From assembly GCF_030028105.1 (NCBI RefSeq), contig NC_092378.1, positions 22,934,715-22,998,714 of the forward strand: a stretch of DNA of 64,000 nt, in the 5' to 3' direction. This document shows, one piece after another, positions 39,870 through 52,616 of this stretch (position 1 is the stretch's first letter; every line of letters starts with the position of its first letter). The notes below the pieces were generated by a model. The model was not told the origin of the DNA, did not search any database, and saw only the letters and a program-made list of their open reading frames with translations. The position numbers were made by a program, and so were the translations under genes. This DNA is from Mobula birostris. Taxonomy: Eukaryota.

Positions 39870-41084
39870 TCAACATTGAGATAGACAGTCAGCAATCATA
39901 TTATCTTTACCTTTAATGTGTTATCAAAATATTATACTCCTGTAACATCAAACTCCAATTCAGTAACCTTCTATTTTTGTTTTTCATCTTACTCAAAAAC
40001 ACTAACAGATTATGATCGGTGTAAACTGAGTGGTTTCTGAGTTGTACCAACGTACACATCAAAATGTTGTAAAGCCAAAACGGGATAATAATTCTTTTTC
40101 TATGGTTGAATAATTTCTTTGATGCAAATTAAATTTCTTAGAAAAGTAAGCTACTGGATGATCAACCTCATTACCATCATCCCTTTGAAGTAACACTGCT
40201 CCAGCAGCCTCAACACTGGCATCCACAGCTAATGAAAATGGTTTTGCAAAGTCAGGTGATTTGAGCACAGGTTGATGACATAGCATAGTTTTCAATTTAT
40301 CAAATGCCTCCTGACAAGGCTCTGTCCAAACAAACTTTGCACTTTTCTTGAAAAGATTAGTTAATAGAAGGGCAATGTCAGCAAAATTCTTGCAAAATTT
40401 ATGGTAATATCCTACTATTCCCAAGAATCTTCTGAGAGTCTTTTTACCAGTTGGAGTGGGTACCTCTAAAATTGCCTGAACAAGAGCTAACTTACTCTGA
40501 CCCACAACATAACCAAGGTAAGTCACAGTGGCATGTCCAAATTCACTTTTAGCTAAGTTAATAGTTAAATTAGCTTTTGAAAGCCTTTCAAATAGTTTCT
40601 CCACCGCAGTAATATGTGCTTCCCAAGTATTATTTCCTGTAACTAAATCATCAATATAGGCATCTGTATCTTTTAACCCATGAATCACAGAATTAATCAT
40701 TCTCTGGAAAGTTCCTGGTGCATTCTTCATCCCAAAGGAAAGAACATTATATTCATATAACCCAGATGGGGTTACAAATGCAGAAATCTCTCTACCTCTA
40801 TCCGTCAATGGAACACACCAATAACCTTTTAACAAATCAATCTTTGTAAGGAACTTTGCTTTTCCCACTTTATCCACACAATTATCCACTCTAGGGATTG
40901 GATATGCATCAGTTTTTGTCACAACATTCACCTTCCTGTAATCAGTACAAAACTGAATACTACCATCTGACTTAGGCACCATAACACACGATGAACTCCA
41001 ATTCGAATTAGAAGGTCTAATAATATTATTCTCTAACATATACTTAATTTCTTGTTCAGCAAGTTCACATTTTTCCATGTTCAT
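39870..41084 (-). pseudogene. Gmr1-like pol: reverse transcriptase and RNase H
   Basis: DYRKVN, KIDLLKGYW, FGMKNAPGTFQR, YIDD, LAVDAS and YSTIEKELL; frameshift near 40060. Confidence 0.93.
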
Positions 41085-41140
41085 CCAATATGGATGTTGC
41101 TTTACAGGTTTGGCATCTCCAACATCTATATCATGTGAAG

Positions 41141-42794
41141 CTACTGTGGTTGTTTTGGGAAAATCTGGAAATAAATCCCTATATTTAATATTAACTGCTT
41201 CATCTGCTGCCTCTGCTCTGGCTGTAACTGAGCTAATTTCTCATCAATATTTTCCAGAATTATTGAGTTTGGTAACCTGGCAGAAATAATGTTGGGTTTA
41301 AAATGAGTTTCAGGTGAATCATCCATTAAGTTCCTAGTGGGATCAGACCCATTATTATTGATCACAACAGTCATAGTAACAGACTGTTTCTCATAATGTG
41401 GTTTTATCATATTTATATGACAAATCTGTATTGGCCTTCTTCGATCTGGTGTTTTTATCACATAATCCACATCATTAACTTTAGATATAACCTCATAAGG
41501 ACCATGAAATTTAGCTTGTAAAAGGTTCATTTGCACAGGGAAAAGAACTAACTCCTTATCTCCAGACTTAAATGACCTCATTCTAGCTTCCTTATCACAG
41601 CAAGTTTTCATTTTCTCCTGAACTGATTTTAAATTTTCCCTAGCCAAGCTACAAGCTTTATGCAATCTTTCCTTAAATTTTAAAACATAATCCAACAAAT
41701 TAGTATGTACCTCTTTATTAATCCACTGTTCTTTTAACAAGGCCAAAGGTACTCTAACTCTATGCCCAAACACAAGTTCAAAAGGACTAAAACCTAGGGA
41801 TTCCTGCACTGACTCCCATACTGCAAATAGAAGTAAATGTACGCCCCCATCCCAATCATTTTCATTTTCCACACAATACGTCCTAATCATAGCTTTGAGG
41901 GTAGAGTGGAACCTCTCCAAGGCTCCTTGCAATTCTGGATGGTATGCAGATGAGATAATCTGCTTTGCTCCCGGTTTATAAACTATCTGCTGAAGCAATC
42001 CAGATATAAAATTAATACCTTGATCAGATTGTATTTCCTTAGGCAACCCAAAGTAATTAAACAATTTTATGGGCCTTTATTACAGTTTTAGCCATTATAT
42101 TCCTAAGTGGTATTGCCTCTGGAAACCTAGACACTGTGCACATGATGGTCAGCAAATATCGATGGCCAGTTTTGGTTTTTGGCAATGGGCTTACATAGTC
42201 TATAATAATTTTTGAAAATGGTTCACTAAATGTGGGAATAGGTTGCAGTGGGGCCACTGGAGTAACTTGATTAGGTTTACCCACAATTTGACAAGTATGA
42301 CACATTCTGCAAAATGTCGCCACATCTTTTCTTAAACTATGCCGGTAAAAATATTTAAAAACCTTGTTCACAGTTTTCTTCACACCTTGATGACCACCCA
42401 AAGTCATACTATGAGCCATAGTTAAGATCTTATTCCAATAAACTTCAGGAACTACTACCTGGTGAAAAACCTTCCACTCCTCACTTGCAGGAATTGTAGG
42501 TGATCTCCACTTCCTCATTAATACTCCCTTCTCGAAATAATATCCTACTGGCACTTTCCAAATTTCACTATCTGGAAGAGCTTGTTCTTTTAATTTGATA
42601 ATCTCAGGGTCTCTACTCTGCTCTGCTATCATCTCCTTCTGAGACAGAGACAAGTCTTCATGGTCAGACTTACTACAAGAACCTTGATCAAACAATGAAG
42701 ATAAGAAAGTTTCTGACACATGCTCAAAATTCAAATCCCGAGTTGAACAGTCATGGGTAACAGACCCATCCTGCACATCAACCTTTTTAGCCAT
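41141..42794 (-). pseudogene. Gmr1-like pol: integrase (upstream of RT)
   Basis: HHCC motif (H.MTLGGH...CHTC), DDE motifs IIIDYV / IQSDQG / GALERFH and a GPY module; frameshift near 42060. Confidence 0.92.
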
Positions 42795-43247
42795 AGCTCA
42801 GGTTACAACACAGGAGGAATCCATGTTAGATTCCATCTTTGGTTCCTCAGAAATGGGCTTTATTGTCAAAGGCACTTCAGGAAAAACATGTCCATCTGCT
42901 AAGTCATTTCCTAACAATAAAAAAAACATCATTCATGGGAAAACTGGTTTGTAGTCCTAATTTAACAAGTCCTGTAGCTAACCCTGAACTTAAATTTACT
43001 TTGTGCAAATGTACAGGCATAAGGGCACTCCCAACACCTCGTATATAGTTTACCTCAGCAATGTCAGACTCATCACTAAACTTTAGAACACTGTCTAACA
43101 TAAGTGAATAAGAAGCTCCAGTACCCCTAAGTACTTGTATTGGCACTGGAGTGGATCCCTCTTTCAAAGATACAAATCCTTCGGTTATAAAATGATCATA
43201 TCCCCTCTTAACTTGGTCAGACTCTGACAAAGCTTCATTTGTATTTA

Positions 43248-44294
43248 AACGCAAACAACAGGAACTCTGCAGATGCTGGAAATTCAAGCAACACACATCA
43301 AAGTTGCTGGTGAACGCAGGAGGCCAGGCAGCATCTGTAGGAAGAGGTGCAGTCGGCAGTTCAGGCCGAGACCCTTTGTCAGGACTAACTGAAGGAAGAG
43401 TGAGTAAGGGATTTGAAAGTAGGAGGGGGAGGGGGAGATCCAAAATGATAGGAGAAGCCAGGAGGGGGAGGGATAGAGCCAAGAGCTGGACAGGTGATAG
43501 GCAAAAGGGGATATGAGAGGATCATGGGACAGGAGGTCCGGGAAGAAAGACAAGGGGGGGGACCCAGAGGATGGGCAAGAGGTATATTCAGAGGGACAGA
43601 GGGAGAAAAAGGAGAGTGAGAGAAAGAATGTGTGCATAAAAATAAGTAACAGATGGGGTACGAGGGGGAGGTGGGGCCTTAGCGGAAGTTAGAGAAGTGG
43701 ACGTTCATGCCATCAGGTTGGAGGCTACCCAGACGGAATATAAGGTGTTGTTCCTCCAACCTGAGTGTGGCTTCATCTTTACAGTAGAGGAGGCCGTGGA
43801 TAGCCATGTCAGAATGGGAATGGGATGTGGAACTAAAATGTGTGGCCACTGGGAGATCCTGCTTTCTCTGGCGGACAGAGCGTAGATGTTCAGCAAAGCG
43901 GTCTCCCAGTCTGCGTCGGGTCTCGCCAATATATAGAAGTCCACATCTGACATACACACATTCTTTCTCTCACTCTCCTTTTTCTCCCTCTGTCCCTCTG
44001 AATATACCCCTTGCCCATCCTCTGGGTCCCCCCCCCTTGTCTTTCTTCCCGGACCTCCTGTCCCATGATCCTCTCGTATCCCCTTTTGCCTATCACCTGT
44101 CCAGCTCTTGGCTCTATCCCTCCCCCTCCTGTCTTCTCCTATCATTTTGGATCTCCCCCTCCCCCTCCAACTTTCAAATCCCTTACTCACTCTTCCTTCA
44201 GTTAGTCCTGATGAAGGGTCTCGGCCTGAAACGTCGACTGCACCTCTTCCTACAGGTGCTGCCTGGCCTGCTGCGTTCACCAGCAACTTTGATG
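43248..44294 (-). mobile_element. Penelope-like fold-back insertion inside the Gmr1-like element
   Basis: 14-bp TSD ttcatttgtattta (43234-47, 44295-308); - strand arm with GIY-YIG C-terminal half (to about 43947); + strand pLTR arm 43954-44294. Confidence 0.93.
44204..44239 (+). ncRNA. Minimal type I hammerhead ribozyme motif in PLE pLTR
   Basis: AGUC-CUGAUGA-AGGGUCUCGGCCU-GAAA-CG-UC-GACU. Confidence 0.8.
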
Positions 44295-45620
44295 TTCATT
44301 TGTATTTATTGAACCCTGTGGATTTACAGGTGTTTCAATAAGTTGCACACAAGCATCTGGGACTGCTTCCTTCTCCTTCTTCTTCAGTCGGAAACAGTTA
44401 GCTATTACGTGACCAGGTTTCTTACAATAATTACAAATAGGACCAAAATGTCTTTCCTTCACATGTTTCCCTTCATCCTTACCTTTCTCACTAACTTCTG
44501 ATTTAATTTCTGGTTTACCTAGACTCTCTGTGCTATTTTTCCTTTTAAAAGTTCTACCTGGAAGAAATTTACTCTTATGGATTAAAGCATACTCATCTGC
44601 TAATTTAGCAGACTCATGCAATGTAGCAGTGTCCCTCTCATTTAAGTATGTCCTTACTTCAACAGGGATGCTCCTTTTAAATTCCTCCAATAAAATCAAC
44701 TCTATTAATTTATTATACTCCCCATTCACATTTTTAGAGGAAACCCATCTCTCTAAACACGCAGATTTATTGTAGGCAAATTCCACGTAAGTTTTTTCCA
44801 CGGATTTCTTCAAATTTCTGAATCTTTCTCTATAAGTTTCCATAACCAGTTCATACGCTTTCAGTATATGCTGCTTCACAATATCATAATCAAGTGCTTG
44901 GTCAGCAGTTAAAGCTGTATAGACTTGTTGTGCCTTACCTCTAATTACACTTTGCAACATCACTGGCCATTTCTCTTTCGGCCACCTTGAAATCAGAGCA
45001 ATAGATTCAAAATGTTGGAACTATTTGTCCACTTCTGTTTTATTAAATGAAGGAGCCAATATAACTTTCCGACTAGCAACAAACTGTTTCCTAGAACCAG
45101 AGGACTGACTCTCCATCTTTAATTTCTCTATCACTAGTTCAAACTCCCTCTTTTTATCTGCTTCTCTAGCTTCGAATTCCTTCTGTTTATTTGTAGCTTC
45201 TAACCGACTTTGTTCCAAATCAGCTTCTAACTTTTTCTGTTTTAAGTCAGCTTCTACTCTAGCTTTTCTAATGCTACCTGTTTCATGCACAACTGGATCA
45301 CTGCTTTACTTACAGGGAACCTACCTAACTCCGCTTCATCAAAAACTCCCGAATTTATATAGTGTTCCGCGATTTTCCTCCGAATTACCAGCTTTGTTGT
45401 AACCTTCGAAATTCCTTTAAGGTCCAACCTTCTAGCAATTTCGGATACATCATCCTTTTTCACCTTCCTTAATAACTCCAGGTCTGGCAATGCAATAAAC
45501 TCTTCAATATTCATTGCTGCCAAATACTACCTACAGACCAATCAAACAGAAGAATTGGGTATTTCCCTTTTCCAAATCAGATTGATAATTAAGCAAGCAC
45601 TTAAGCTCAAAATCGGAACA

Positions 45621-45638
45621 ATTCAGGACGAGCCCCCA
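45621..45638 (-). promoter_or_regulatory. Primer-binding site, tRNA-Pro
   Basis: TGGGGGCTCGTCCTGAAT matches the tRNA-Pro PBS TGGGGGCTCGTCCGGGAT at 16/18, 4 nt from the 5' LTR. Confidence 0.88.
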
Positions 45639-45642
45639 ATTT

Positions 45643-46428
45643 TGGCACGTGACCAGCAACAATGAATATAGAATTGAGTCAAGTTTTATAAACAAACATA
45701 TACATTTATTAAACTCTGCTCAACAATAGCGAAAAGTATTCAAATGACTAACTTAACTGGAAGTTAACTGCTATATGGCAACTCTGGAACAGTTCTTAAA
45801 GTGGTAAATTCAAACACAGTTCTTAAAATGGTAAATTTGAAAGTCCAAGTGATTTTCACAGTCAATAAGGAGAGACTCCTCTGGAAATGGATTTCTTTGA
45901 AGACGTGACGTTACTGCTGATTCTGTCCAAAGGATTCATGACGAAGGAAATAAAACGGCTTAAAGGAACCTGGCGAATGAACACTGCAAAAGACCTTCCC
46001 GATATTACAGGCGTTATCTCAGATGCAGGTCACTATTTCTGAATGAAGATTCAATCAGGTCGATCCTATATGAAACCGCCGAATGACACCAACTTTACTC
46101 AATCCTTCAGCTTCTGGTACTTACTAAGGTCTTCACTCTCCAATACTAGACTTACAATAGAAAGTAAAACTCCACTTTAAAACGGAACCGGGTCATGAGA
46201 CGAATACGCAGCATAATGGAGTAAGTGATGAATTAAACAACGAACTAAACTGCGTAACAACAGGGGTTTCCCTTTATATACCTGCTGAGAACATGTCATC
46301 ACATGACCTCACACTGGCGGGAAAATCACATCATCCCACCATCACAAGACCATTACATCATGCTCACAAGATACTCACTTACATCATGGTCATAAGACAG
46401 TCACAAGATACGCACGAGGTATGTAACA
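45643..46428 (-). repeat. 5' LTR of the Gmr1-like element
   Basis: Direct repeat of 38946-39711, with an extra tandem copy of about 27 bp near 45789-45840. Confidence 0.93.
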
Positions 46429-47009
46429 GTACAAGAAGGGCCAGAGTTGCCTCTATTTCCTGGGGAGACTGAGGTCCTTTTGGAATATGCAGGCCTCTCC
46501 TTCACATGCTCTACCAGTATGTTGTCACCAATACAATCTTCTATGCGGTGGTGTGCTGGGACAATGACATCAACATGGGTGATACCAACCGGCTCAATAA
46601 ACTGATTAGAAAGGCTGGCTCTATTATAGTAGTCAAGCTGGTCACACTGGAGGCTGTGGTAGAACAAAGGACCCTACAAAAATCCTGACAGTTCCGGAAA
46701 ATTCTTCTCACCCTCTGCATGCCATCGTGGCTGAACAAAGGAGCACTTTTAGTAAAAGCCTAAGATAACTGCACTGCTCCAAAGAGTATTATATGAGGTC
46801 ATTCTTACCCTTAGCCATTAGACTCTATAATGGGTCAGCCTATCGCCAGGGAAGTGATAACCCTTCTCCTGCTAGACTGTTTGAGGTAACATTTTTAATT
46901 TTTTTCTTACTCCTTTTCTAATATTGGTATAATTTGTATATCTGTGCATTTGTAATGCTACCGTGACACTATAATTTCTTTTGGGATCAATGAAGTATCT
47001 ATCTATCTA

Positions 47010-47810
47010 GTGTATTCCACAGTGAAGACTGATGCAAAATATGTTTGTACTTATTCAGTTTATCCGCCATTTCATTGTCCCCCATTACTACCTCCCCAGC
47101 ATCATTTTCCAGCTGTCCGATATCCACCCTCGCCTCTCTTTTACACTTTATGTATCTGAAGAAATGTTTGGTATCCTCTTTAATATTTTCGGCTATCTTA
47201 CCTTTGCATTCCATCTTTCTTTCTTAATGACTTTTTAGTAGCCTTCTGTTGGTTTTTGAAAGCTTCCCAAACCTCTAACTTCCCACTAATTTTTGGTCTA
47301 TTATAAGCCCTCTCTTTGACTTTAATGTTGGCTTTGACTTTCCTTGTCAGCCATAGTTGTGCCATCTTGGTTTTAGAAGCTTTCTTCTTCTTTGCGATGT
47401 ATATATCCTGTGACTTCTGAATTGCTTTGAAATCCCAGCCATTGCTCCTCTGCTGTCATCCCTGCCTGTGTTCTTTCCCAATCAGTTTTGACCAGCCCCT
47501 CTCTTATTCCTCTGAAATTCCTTTTTCATCACTGTAATACTGATACATCTGACTTTCACTTCTCCTTCTCAAATTGCAGGGTGAATTCTATCATATTATG
47601 ATCACTTTTCCCAAGGGTTCTTTCACAAGCTCTCCAATCAATTCTGATTCATTGCACAACACCCAATACAGAATAGCTGATCCCTAGTGGGCTCGACCAT
47701 GAGCTGCTCTAAAAAGCCATCTCATAGGCATTCAACAAATTCACTCTCCTGGGATTCAGTTTCAACCTGATTTTCCCAATCTACAGTATCTGCAAATTGA
47801 AATCCCCCAT
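47010..47810 (-). mobile_element. CR1 LINE ORF2 fragment
   Basis: NIKEDTKHFFRYIK.KREARVDIGQLEND. Confidence 0.8.
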
Positions 47811-48585
47811 GTCAGCAAGACCAGGGAGCTGATCATTGATTTCTGGAGGAAGAACCCAGAGATCTGTGAGCCAGTACTCATCAGAGGATCAGAGGAAGAG
47901 AGGACCAGTAAATTTAAATTTAGTGTTACTATTTTGAGGCACCTGTCCTGGGCCCAGCACATAAGTGCAATTACGAAGAAAGCATGGCAGCACCTCTAGT
48001 TCCTTTGGATTTTGCAAAGATTCAGCATAACATCTAAAACGGCCTTGATGGCCCAGTCCGTCACAGGTAAAGCTCTCACCACCATTGAGAACATCTGCGT
48101 GGAGCATTGTTGTAGTAAAATGGCATCTATCATTAGGAACACCCACCACCCAGAATGTTCCCTTCTCATTGCTGCCATCAGGAAGGAGATACAGGAGCCA
48201 CAGGACTTATACCACCAGGTTTAGGAACAGTAATGACCCCTCAAACATCAGGCTCTTGAACCAAAGGCCCTTCACTGAACTTCCCTTGCTTCATCATTGA
48301 AATGTTCCCACAATATTTGGACTCATTTTCAAGGTCTATTCATTTCGTGTTTTTGATATTGATTGTTTATTTATTAATATTACTACTTCTTTTATTTCGT
48401 ATTTCCACAGTTTGTTGTTCTTTGCACATTGGTTAAACACCCAATTTGGAACAATTTGGTACATTAGTTCTATTCTGGTTATTAACCTGTTATGGATTTA
48501 TTGAGTATGCCCACAAGAAAATGAATCTTAGGGTTGTATAGTGACATATATGCACTTTGATAATAAATTTACTTTGAACTTTGAA
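47811..48585 (+). mobile_element. L2/Rex1-type LINE 3' part
   Basis: KTRELIIDF, LLPSGRRYRS..T.TTRFRNS and a (TTTGAAC) tail. Confidence 0.82.
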
Positions 48586-50799
48586 TAGAACTGCAGTTTC
48601 TCTTACCTGTGGCTTTTCTGTCAATGACTAGATAAAAGGAATGAGACAAAAATTAGTATTTAATAGCAGATGTAAGATTCAGAAGTTAAATGTTGTACAA
48701 TACTCAAAAAGTTTGCTGTAATATAGTAAAGTCTGATCACACTTTCTGCAATGTAGCCACAACCTGAGGACCTTGCTGGTGGATTTGACAATTACTGCCA
48801 CCTATTGACTAATTTAGATCACACTTTTGAAAAATGAGTGCTCTTCCACCCGTTCGCTTGTTAATCAGCAACTGCATTCAAGATCCTGGAAGCCCTGATA
48901 GAAGTCATATTGCCTGCACAATTTTATTGCTGGCTGTGGTAAACATCTTCCTTTTAAGATGCTTTAAGCAGCAGCCAACACACTCCTGTAAATCCCAGCC
49001 ACTCACTCAGCAAACTACTATAAAATACTGGCCACAAGAGTGCTAAAAGCACCATAATGAAGAGTGTACCAGGTACAAGAAATGCATGCTTGTCAGTTAT
49101 TACTGTACTTTGTTATGGGCTTCAACTGAAAATCTCTTCCTTTGCATCCCTAAGGATGTTATGAAACATAATCTATTGTTAGTAAGGACAAGAAAAGCAG
49201 TCTTGCCAGTGCCATTTTCAACTCAAGAACAAAATTACTTTTTTAAAAATTCTTTTCCCTGTCCTCTGCAGGATAACTCAAGAAGCTGCTCCATAGAAAA
49301 AGAAATATGGAGGAGTTTTCAAATCTTCTGAGGTAATTTGCCAACTCAAGGCAATAATTCTGACAGATACTAAAGTGGCTTCCACAGCAAATCAAATCAA
49401 AATCAAGTTTAATTATCATACCCTGAGTGACATGCCCCACAAATTAATGGTACAGTTCCCAGAAATAGAATGTGCAGCGTGCAATCCAGCTCATCATTCC
49501 ACTGATTGAACACTGGGGGGCAGCACCAACAGGAGTGGCCAGCCCCAAACTGAGTATGCCATGCTGCATTGCCTCTGGTGTCTCCTCTCCCGGACAGCAG
49601 CAGCAGGCAAGCCTGCGGCTTAAGACATAGTCCTCACTACACCCAAGGCTACACAGCTTCCATGCCACCTTTTGTATCAGCAAACAAGGGAAACAGACCT
49701 GCAGCATCTTACACTATCAATGTCCAACAGGGTCTTGCAATCGCAAGACAGACATCCAAGACAATCACCCACAGATACACTGCATGCCCTTCACGCACCA
49801 ACTCTGACGTCTTTGAGTAGCAGACAGCTCATCCGAACCCAATTTGGCTCCTCCACCACGCTAGCTGGCTACTCTGATCAACGGACAGCTCACTGATGGT
49901 GTAGACCTGCAGTACCCAAAGTTCTTGAAGTCTAATATCGTCTTGTGATCATTAAAAAAAACTTACTTATCAAAGGAAGAAACACCTTTGGTTGGCTCAT
50001 GAGAGGCCATTGTGTCCAAACATGCTGTTATCTTACCGTAAGATATCTGTAAGTTTTATTTTCTGAGCACTAACCGTTTGGATAATTTCCTATTTAGCAA
50101 CTCATTTGGCATTGTAACCTGTCAAGAAATATTGATTAAAATATATTTTAATCACAGAAGTGATTAGATTACTAAAAACTGCACTGTTGTTTTGAGCATG
50201 TACAGCAATCATCACAGGACACTTAATACTTAATTTTGATCAAGATGTTTAATAAAATCATTGAACATTAATCAATTTATGAGAATGGAATGCTCCTTGG
50301 CAAACTGGAAATCTGATTGAATTTGAAGTCTGATTGTTTCTTTCTCCATCTTGGGATATGGCTTCACTGACAAGGCTTGTCCCTCATGGGCATAAGAATG
50401 TGGTATTCTTCTTCTGGAACCTATGCTGTCAGATTTCCCATAGGCAATGCTAAAAGAATTTTGACCAAATAACAATGAAAAATGTGGTAAATGTCACTAG
50501 TAATGTTGTCCTCACCAAGTTCTCCCAATAACATCTTAGGACTTGTGTCAAAGTTAAGAGAGTTAGGCACACTAGGCAAGTATATGCTGATGAATTCTTT
50601 GACATTGACTCCAGAATTCTTGTGGATCAGATCAAATGTAGCAAAGAAACACATTTTTAAAACTACCTTCCATCTTCGTTCATTTGATGAATCAGTGTTC
50701 ATCCATGTTGAACGGCACTGGGAAGAAGTATTGAAAGTAACACAGTGTCCTTGGATGGGGAACTTCATTGTCAAGGCTTGGTAGCACCATCTTTGGGAG

Positions 50800-51140
50800 A
50801 ACTGCCAGATTTCCACTGGTAGTTGAGACTAGAACTAGGAGACATAGCTTCCAGATTCGGGGGAGTAAATTTAGGATGGAGATGAGGAGAAGGTGCTTTT
50901 CCCAAAGAGTGGTGAATCTGTGGAATTCTCTGCCCTATGAAGCAGTGGAGGTTACCTCAGTAAATATATTTAAGACAAGGTTGGATAGATTTTTGCATAG
51001 TAGGGGAATTAAGGGTTATGGGGAAAAGGTAGGTAGGTGGAGATGAGTCCACGGTCAGATCAGCCATGATCTTATTGAATGGCGGAGCAAGCTCAACGGG
51101 CCAGATAGCCTACTCCTGCTCCTATTTCTTATGTTCTTGT
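50800..51140 (+). mobile_element. CR1 LINE 3' end
   Basis: TRTRRHSFQIRG...FSQRVVNLWNSLP; tail tcttatgttctt. Confidence 0.88.
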
Positions 51141-52223
51141 GTTGGGAAGGATATACTGTATGTGTCAGGTTGGGTTTGTGGCATATAGTGAATGATTCAA
51201 CAGGAGATGTAAATTTACATGACCTCATAATCACCAATCTATTTCTGGTTAAGTACATCAATCTACAATAACACTGTAAAAATGATCACCTCACAGTCCT
51301 TATGGAGAAAAAGTCCAGTCTTCATATGAATGACACCTTTCACCATGTTGTGAGACACTACATTTGTAATAAATGCAGAGACTTGGAGCAAACTTTGCAG
51401 CTCAAAATTGGAAAGGAGGTGCCATGGAATATCAGCAGCAAAATATTGCCTAGCATTTCCCTCACTTTGTTAATACTATCAAGGCAAAGTGTATAAGCCT
51501 TATACTATAAGGGCATGTCAGGAGCTACACAAGGCAACCCTAAAAATCTGCCAAACTTGTGAAGCTGAAACACAGGACTACAAGCATACTAAACTCCCAA
51601 GAAAAATATGCATTAGGTATACAGGGATAAGTCAGCTCACAACCAATGAACTAATGACTGTGCAGTCTCATTACAACAAATTGTGAAGGGTGCTAGACAC
51701 TTTAAAAGATAACTGATGGGCAAGGCTTCAAGAACACCCCCATCCTCAACAATAGTAGGGTTCAGCAAGTGAGTCCATAGACAAGGCTTAAGCACTTGCA
51801 ATCATGCTTGTTGAATAGTACTAAGTGAATGATCCATCTTAACTTCTTCCTTAAATCTTTAGCATTTCAGCAGCTAATCTTCATACTAATCCATTCGAGC
51901 CCAGTAATATCAAAATTGACTGAGCTAATTGAATATGAGATCATTTAGTGACAATGGGATCAAACAATATTTGGCTGTAGTACATAAGACTTGGTTTCTA
52001 GAATTAGTGTTGCCTCTAGCAAAGCTATTACAGTACAATTACATTAGATATCTACAATGCGGAAAATTGTCCAAATATGATCTATTCACCAGAAGCAGTA
52101 CAATTCCAATTTGGATTTCACCAAATCAGTTCATTCTCATTCTTCAACAACATGATGGAAAATGTCATTGGCAGTGCTACCTTGAAGATATATTGTTGGT
52201 CCTTCATAACTGATGGATCTAAA

Positions 52224-52438
52224 CGCAAACACGAGGAAATCTGCAGATGCAGGAATTTCAAGCAACACACATAAAAGTTGCTGGTGAGCGCAGCAGGCCA
52301 GGCAGCATCTCTAGGAAGAGGTACAGTCGACGTTTCGGACCGAGACATGACGAAGGGTCTCGGCCCGGAACGTCGACTGTACCTCTTCCTAGAGATGCTG
52401 CCTGGCCTGCTGCGTTCACCAGCAACTGTTATGTGTGT
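52224..52438. mobile_element. Short Penelope-like fold-back insertion
   Basis: Near-perfect inverted arms of about 80 bp joined inside the hammerhead motif (52346/52347); 13-bp TSD tgatggatctaaa (52211-23, 52439-51). Confidence 0.92.
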
Positions 52439-52572
52439 TGATGGATCTAAATCCCGACAGCAGCATGATAGTCATGAATGTTGGAAGTAATCAAGAAGGC
52501 AACTCATCACCAACTTCTCCAGAAATTAGGAGTGGGCAATAAATGATGGCCTAGCCAGTGACGCCCAGATCC

Positions 52573-52616
52573 TAAATAAATAAATAAACAAACAAACAAA
52601 CAAATAAATAAATAAA
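52573..52616 (+). repeat. (TAAA/CAAA)n tail of an old LINE
   Basis: Directly visible after a LINE-like 3' UTR (52490-52572). Confidence 0.8.

Larger units (their letters stand above)
42900..45523 (-). pseudogene. Gmr1-like gag (SCAN-like capsid, CCHC knuckle) and protease, split by a PLE
   Basis: LIELILLEEFKRSIP.EVRTYL.ER...AKLADEY; CNYCKKPGHVIANC; protease LRGTGAS with the catalytic Asp lost. Confidence 0.88.
38946..46428 (-). mobile_element. Full-length Gmr1-like Gypsy LTR retrotransposon (defective)
   Basis: Paired LTRs 38946-39711 and 45643-46428 with TG...CA ends; 4-bp TSD GTAC (38942-45, 46429-32); PBS and PPT present; order gag-PR-IN-RT-RH. Confidence 0.95.
37370..47009 (+). mobile_element. 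Rex1/Babar-type LINE (37370-38945 and 46429-47009) split by the Gmr1-like element
   Basis: FPNNKPW, LNDYRPVVLNSHIMK, RIMFFDFSNAFNTIQP, PQGTVLAPFLF and KFSDD; continues after 46428; (TATC)n tail. Confidence 0.85.

Noticed and set aside
40059-42794. Endogenous retrovirus or Copia element
   Set aside because: No env ORF; Gypsy-type RT (YIDD) and GPY integrase fit Gmr1 despite the tRNA-Pro PBS and IN-before-RT order
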